Shown here: one piece after another, positions 29,262-33,846 of the stretch
Numbering within the stretch: position 1 is the stretch's first letter
Layout of the letters: every line of letters begins with the position of its first letter
Assembly: GCA_011525185.1 (NCBI GenBank)
Contig: WTIQ01000240.1
Coordinates: forward strand, 1-33,846
Length of the DNA: 33,846 nucleotides
Source of the DNA: Paracoccaceae bacterium
GTDB lineage: Bacteria > Pseudomonadota > Alphaproteobacteria > Rhodobacterales > Rhodobacteraceae
Reading direction: 5' to 3'
The notes under the pieces: generated by a model
What the model was told of the DNA's origin: nothing
Seen by the model: the letters and a program-made list of their open reading frames with translations, nothing else
Database searches by the model: none
Program-made: the position numbers and the translations under genes

Positions 29262-29975
29262 ATGCATATAGCAGTTTGGTCAGGCCCCCGAAACATTTCG
29301 ACCGCTTTGATGTATTCTTTTGCATCTCGCAAAGATGTTTATGCGATTGATGAGCCCTTCTATGCCCATTATTTGGCGCAAACGGGCCTCTTGCATCCCA
29401 TGCGAGACGACATTTTGGCGTCCCAATCACAAGACAGTGCAGCGATCATTGAGGAGATTTGTGCACAACGCACTGATGGGAGGCATATCTATCACAAACA
29501 TATGACACATCACATGCTCCCAAGTATTCCGCTAGACTGGCTTTCTCGTGTCAAAAACGTATTCCTCATCCGGCACCCTTCGCAGGTGATCGCAAGCTTC
29601 GCAAAGAAACATCAAAATCCAAAGCTGTCTGATTTAGGTTATGAGCGACAAGTCGAATTGTTTGATCATATCCTTGCATCTGGAACCACGCCCATTGTGA
29701 TCGATGGGCATGACTTACAGAGTGATCCTGAACCTGTGTTAAAACGGCTCTGTTCTGCACTAGAGCTCGCGTTTTCAAATGACATGCTCACTTGGGCCTC
29801 AGGTGGTAAGAGCTGTGATGGCATTTGGGCAAAACATTGGTATGGCTCTGTTCATGCGTCTACTGGGTTTCGCGCACCGAGCCAAGCAAGCGTTGCTCTG
29901 TCTCCCGAGCTGCAAGCGCTCGAGGCGCAGGCCATGCCCTTTTATTCTTACATGAATACCTATTGCCTTAAATAA
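29262..29975 (+). CDS. sulfotransferase-fold (P-loop-like) protein, function unknown
   Basis: 237 aa. GPRNISTAL resembles a 5'-PSB loop and FLIRHPSQVIAS resembles a 3'-PB motif (RxP..S) of PAPS-dependent sulfotransferases. Motif-level call only. Confidence 0.45.
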   Translation: MHIAVWSGPRNISTALMYSFASRKDVYAIDEPFYAHYLAQTGLLHPMRDDILASQSQDSAAIIEEICAQRTDGRHIYHKHMTHHMLPSIPLDWLSRVKNVFLIRHPSQVIASFAKKHQNPKLSDLGYERQVELFDHILASGTTPIVIDGHDLQSDPEPVLKRLCSALELAFSNDMLTWASGGKSCDGIWAKHWYGSVHASTGFRAPSQASVALSPELQALEAQAMPFYSYMNTYCLK

Positions 29976-29976
29976 C

Positions 29977-30519
29977 CTATCCAACAGATATGCGCAGCAT
30001 CTCATCGTTGAAAATACGATCCGCATATTTTTCGATATAGATCAGCAACCACGGGGTAAATCGCTCGGGCCAGCGCGTGACTTCGGCCCGCAGATCGTGA
30101 TAGTCTATCCATCGATAGTCCATCACTTCGGACGGGTTGGGGCGAACGTTTGGCCTTTCATGGACGTGAATCACAAAGAGATCCACAACCTCATGTTCGA
30201 TCAACCCATTTCCAACATCGGCTCGATATTCCACCGTATCACGGTAGACAGGTTGCGTTTGTTCTAGGCCGAGCTCATCCTCCATCCGGCGTATGGCGCA
30301 TTCTTCGGCCGTTTCATCCCAGTTTGGATGTGTGCAGCAGGTATTGGCCCACAGCCCCGGCGTATGATATTTGCATAAGGCCCGTTTTTGGATCAGGATA
30401 TCTTGGCCGCAGACCATAAAGACAGAGACCGCCTTATGACGTAGCCCCTTCACATGCGCCTCAAGTTTCTCAACAGGTTTTATTTCGCCATTGACCCAGG
30501 CCGGGATCATGATCGTCAT
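29977..30519 (-). CDS. idi: isopentenyl-diphosphate delta-isomerase, type 1 (Nudix)
   Basis: 180 aa with the motifs HKAVSVF, WANTCCTHP and IEHEVVDLF. An ATGA overlap joins it to bchP, and it holds the position seen in Rhodobacter-type photosynthesis clusters. Confidence 0.85.
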   Translation of the reverse strand: MTIMIPAWVNGEIKPVEKLEAHVKGLRHKAVSVFMVCGQDILIQKRALCKYHTPGLWANTCCTHPNWDETAEECAIRRMEDELGLEQTQPVYRDTVEYRADVGNGLIEHEVVDLFVIHVHERPNVRPNPSEVMDYRWIDYHDLRAEVTRWPERFTPWLLIYIEKYADRIFNDEMLRISVG

Positions 30520-31694
30520 ATATGCTCCGCTGAAACGATACCCATTAAATGAGCAATATTCTTTAGGCCGATTTTGACATGGGCCAAGGGACGCGCCTTG
30601 ACCAGCTTCTTGTTCATATAGGCTTCGAAGGTCAACCTTTGAACATCAATATCATGACAAAGTGAGACAAATCGCTCGCGTCTATCGTCGGAGCGATAAT
30701 AGGCGTTTTGCATTGAGGCTAGGACTTTAAAGACCGTTTTATGCTCTTTCATAAACAGACTGCGCGCAAGCTTAAGGTCGCTCACCCGACCAGAGGCTAA
30801 GGTTGCGGCGGCAGCGGTTGCCGCAACACGACCCCCGACCATCGCGTAATAAATGCCTTCGCCAGAGCTTGGCGCAACCACACCAGCCGCATCACCCGCA
30901 AGGACGACATCCTTGCCATTGTCCCATCGATCGAGCGGTTTAAGTGGAATTGGAGCGCCTTCTTTGCGGATGGTTTTACAACCCTCTAATCCTGATGCTT
31001 TTCGAAGCTTAGCGGTTGCCTCCTTTAGATCGACTCCATCAACGCCCGTGCCCATGCCAACGCTGGCAGAATGACCATGGGGAAAGACCCAGCCATAGAA
31101 ATCAGGAGAAATTTCACCATCATAAATCACATCACAGCGGCTTGGATCATACTTTCCATGTGCGTTTGGCGCCTCTATGATCTCATGATAGGCAATAACA
31201 TAGGGTATTTTATCACCCCCAGGCACTTCGGCGCGCGCAACGTTTGAGCGTGCCCCATCCGCACCAATGATAAGCTTTGTGCTCAGTTCCTTGGTCTCGC
31301 GTGTGTCTTTGTCAACAAAGATAACTTTGGTCACACCACTGGAACGGTCAATAGACTTAAAGCTCCCTGTAAATCGATCTGCTCCCGCGTCTGCCGCGCG
31401 GATGCGCAGAAATTCGTCAAAGTGCTCTCGGTCCACCATCCCGACGTAACCGTTTTCAATAGGAATATCGACGCTGCGTTGGGTAGGTGAAACCATGCGC
31501 GCTGTATTGATTTTTGCCACAAGCTGCGCCTCTGGAATGGCGAAATCATCAACAAGACGGGGCGGAATTGCGCCGCCGCAGGGTTTGATCCGACCAGCAC
31601 GGTCTATAAGCGCCACCTTTCGGCCGCTTCTGGCAAGGTCCTCTGCTGCTGTTGCGCCCGAGGGACCACCACCGATGACAACCACATCATACAT
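30516..31694 (-). CDS. bchP: geranylgeranyl diphosphate/bacteriochlorophyll reductase
   Basis: 392 aa with the FAD motif YDVVVIGGGPSGATAAEDLA and ChlP/BchP family sequence. It sits between the pucC-like gene and idi. Confidence 0.9.
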   Translation of the reverse strand: MYDVVVIGGGPSGATAAEDLARSGRKVALIDRAGRIKPCGGAIPPRLVDDFAIPEAQLVAKINTARMVSPTQRSVDIPIENGYVGMVDREHFDEFLRIRAADAGADRFTGSFKSIDRSSGVTKVIFVDKDTRETKELSTKLIIGADGARSNVARAEVPGGDKIPYVIAYHEIIEAPNAHGKYDPSRCDVIYDGEISPDFYGWVFPHGHSASVGMGTGVDGVDLKEATAKLRKASGLEGCKTIRKEGAPIPLKPLDRWDNGKDVVLAGDAAGVVAPSSGEGIYYAMVGGRVAATAAAATLASGRVSDLKLARSLFMKEHKTVFKVLASMQNAYYRSDDRRERFVSLCHDIDVQRLTFEAYMNKKLVKARPLAHVKIGLKNIAHLMGIVSAEHI

Positions 31695-31697
31695 TAT

Positions 31698-32984
31698 TCA
31701 CTCTCCCGGAATAAGGCCAGCTGACAGTGGCCGGGTTGAAATTATACGTAAAGCAAGCAGGGCAGAGGCGAGGAAAATACCAGCCTCAATAAGAAAAACA
31801 GTGCCAAACGCAGTAATATCTGAAGCGGATAAAGCGCGCATAAGATCAACAAGGGCAGCACCGCACAGCCCGCCAAATCCTGCGGCTAAAGCCTGAGCTG
31901 CACCCCAAATGCCGACCCGCGTGCCCTCGCGGTCTTTGCGTCCTTCTCCTGCAAGGGACATCATTGAACCGATAGCGCCGACAGCGAACATCCCGTTAAA
32001 AAATCCAAGACCAACAACCGCGAATGTCAGATGTTGTGCCTGTCCGTCGATCCCCAGAAACGCAATAATCACAAGGCTGAGCGCAGATCCAAGGCAACCC
32101 GCAGTCACCCAAGATTTAAGGTGCCCGATGCTCAGACCCGTACAGAGCACCCCAACGGCCACCATGCCAAAGAATACGCCGCCATTTTGTGCGCCAGAGA
32201 GCGAAGTTGATTGGCCAGGGGAAAACCCAAAGACCAGACCTGCATAGGGCTCAAGAATAAGCTCTTGCATGAAATAGGCGGTCATTGACAGAAAGACGAA
32301 GATCGAAAAATGCCGCGCCTTGGGTTCGGACCAGATCTCAGCAATGCCTTCGGCAAAGGACATGTCTTCGCTTTTCTGCGCGCGATTATCGCTGTTTCTT
32401 TCTATGCCCCAAATGGCTAGGCTTGTTGCTGCGACTGCGAGTGCGCCAACAGAGCTGACGATTTTTATCATGAGCTTGTGAGAGTAGGGGTCAAGTAAGG
32501 CCCCAACAATGCCAGCCGTGATGGCAATACCCGCAATCATCATCAGCCATGTTATCGTCGCGGCTGCGGCGCGTCGGCGGGGTGCTGTTTGCGTTGCGAG
32601 GAGCGCCAAGAGCGATGTGCCGCTCGCCCCGACGCCTAGGCCGATGATCGCATAAGCGAGAACTGAAATGATCATGCCGAGCGAGAAATAGGTATCAAAA
32701 ATGGGAATAGCCATGGCGGCCATAGAGGCGCCAAGCGCCAAGATCATCATACCAAAAATAACCCAAGGTGTCCGTCGACCACCTCGGTCAGAGCGAAAGC
32801 CCCAGTTTGGTCGCGTGATTTGAATGCCGTAGTGTAAGGCCACCAAAAAACCTGGCAAAACGGCGGGCAGGGCAAGCTCGACAATCATTAATCTATTCAA
32901 AGTAGAGGTTGTCAGAACCACAATTGAGCCCAGTGCCATTTGAATGACGCCCAAACGCACGATGGATACCCAACTGAGAGTCAT
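31698..32984 (-). CDS. PucC/LhaA-family MFS protein (equivalent of 'orf428' between bchG and bchP)
   Basis: About 12 TM helices. The start MTLSWVSIVRLGVIQMALGS at 32984 forms an ATGA overlap with the bchG stop and gives 428 aa. The position matches the PucC-like ORF in purple-bacterial photosynthesis clusters. Confidence 0.8.
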   Translation of the reverse strand: MTLSWVSIVRLGVIQMALGSIVVLTTSTLNRLMIVELALPAVLPGFLVALHYGIQITRPNWGFRSDRGGRRTPWVIFGMMILALGASMAAMAIPIFDTYFSLGMIISVLAYAIIGLGVGASGTSLLALLATQTAPRRRAAAATITWLMMIAGIAITAGIVGALLDPYSHKLMIKIVSSVGALAVAATSLAIWGIERNSDNRAQKSEDMSFAEGIAEIWSEPKARHFSIFVFLSMTAYFMQELILEPYAGLVFGFSPGQSTSLSGAQNGGVFFGMVAVGVLCTGLSIGHLKSWVTAGCLGSALSLVIIAFLGIDGQAQHLTFAVVGLGFFNGMFAVGAIGSMMSLAGEGRKDREGTRVGIWGAAQALAAGFGGLCGAALVDLMRALSASDITAFGTVFLIEAGIFLASALLALRIISTRPLSAGLIPGE

Positions 32985-33846
32985 AAGGCCACCTCCATCC
33001 CTCTGAGAGCAAAGGCGCAAACCATCATGCCACTGACATACATTAAAACGCCCGTTGCATTATACCAAGGAGCTTTCCCTTTCGGATCGCGCATCATGAT
33101 GCTCATCGCCCAGACTTGACCGAGCAGCAGAAGCGAGATTGCGATACCGTATATGGAGGGTCCAATCCAAAGGTAAAGGCCGAAGATCACGATAAATTGC
33201 GGCAATGCCATTGTCACGCATGCCACCATCGCTGCCGTTTGCGGACCAAGCACGACGGGAAGCGATTTAACACCTGTTTCTCGATCGCCCTTTAGCGCTT
33301 TAAAATCATTAAGCGTCATGATGCCATGTGCGCCAAGCGCATAAAGGGCAGCTATGATAATAATTTTAGGATCGGGAAGAGCTGCGGAGATAACAGCTGC
33401 ACCCGTAAACCAAGGAAGCCCTTCGTAACAGAGCGCAACCAGACCAGGTCCCCAAATTCCAGATTTCTTCATGCGGAGGGGTTCTGCTGAATAGGCCCAA
33501 GCTGCGGCAACACCCAAAACCGTAGCAACAAACCCCCATGTGCCCAAAAAGGAGCCGACATAGAGAGAAAGCGCTGTCATCGCCAAGGCCACGTAGAGCC
33601 CTGATTTTCCCGGCATGCGACCAGAGGGAATGGGCCGTTCTGGCTGATTGATGGCGTCCACGTGTCGGTCACACCAATCATTGGCGGCCTGACTCATGCC
33701 ACAGACAATGGGGCCAGCTAGAATAATTCCCAAAAGGACCAGCCAAAACTGAGCATCAAACCCAACCCCAGCGGACACGGCCCCGCAGGCATAGGCCCAC
33801 ATTGGAGGGAACCACGTAATTGGTTTGATCAATTCTAGTGCTGCAC
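32981..33846 (-). CDS. bchG: bacteriochlorophyll synthase (UbiA prenyltransferase family); the N-terminus runs off the right edge
   Basis: It reads LIKPITWFPPMWAYACG...NDWCDRHVDAINQPERPIPSG. The frame stays open upstream of the track's TTG 'M' to the window end (..AALELIKPITW). Confidence 0.85.
   Translation of the reverse strand, partial: AALELIKPITWFPPMWAYACGAVSAGVGFDAQFWLVLLGIILAGPIVCGMSQAANDWCDRHVDAINQPERPIPSGRMPGKSGLYVALAMTALSLYVGSFLGTWGFVATVLGVAAAWAYSAEPLRMKKSGIWGPGLVALCYEGLPWFTGAAVISAALPDPKIIIIAALYALGAHGIMTLNDFKALKGDRETGVKSLPVVLGPQTAAMVACVTMALPQFIVIFGLYLWIGPSIYGIAISLLLLGQVWAMSIMMRDPKGKAPWYNATGVLMYVSGMMVCAFALRGMEVAL

Noticed and set aside
1-33846. Mobile elements, prophage, CRISPR arrays, toxin-antitoxin or defence islands, or a novel multi-gene system
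   Set aside because: Every ORF longer than about 100 aa that is not a shadow frame falls into a recognisable family, mostly housekeeping. The exceptions are one 115-aa protein with no recognised family and a sulfotransferase-like gene supported only at motif level. There are no direct-repeat arrays, inverted terminal repeats, integrase or transposase motifs, or atypical-composition islands apart from the putative origin.

Overview
This is a gene-dense chromosomal segment made up almost entirely of housekeeping genes. Gene content and synteny point to an alphaproteobacterium, probably Rhodobacterales/roseobacter-like. Bacteriochlorophyll genes at the right edge suggest an anoxygenic phototroph; the organism call is inference only. 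Left to right: dapD-(hypothetical)-HAD-dapE; a form II coxS-coxL-coxM molybdo-dehydrogenase operon; Tim44-like/mltA/smr; fxsA and secB; maf-aroE-coaE-dnaQ; and an AT-rich 374-bp gap carrying DnaA boxes, which I call a putative oriC. Then come hemJ and rho-mnmE-mnmG-rsmG-parA-parB with two perfect 16-bp parS palindromes, followed by rph-rdgB-hemW, hrcA-grpE, mutS, a PfkB kinase, msrA and a sulfotransferase-like gene. The window ends at the edge of a photosynthesis gene cluster (idi, bchP, a pucC-like MFS gene, bchG). I found no rRNA, tRNA, CRISPR array, transposase, integrase, phage gene or recognisable defence or toxin system. I cannot honestly point to a novel multi-gene system here. The items most worth a second look are the origin/parS architecture, two disrupted genes whose downstream frames are still intact (an amber codon in fxsA and a G-run frameshift in the PfkB kinase), the orphan form II cox operon, an uncharacterised acidic ORF coupled into the dapD-dapE operon, a signal-peptide MsrA, and very tight gene packing.
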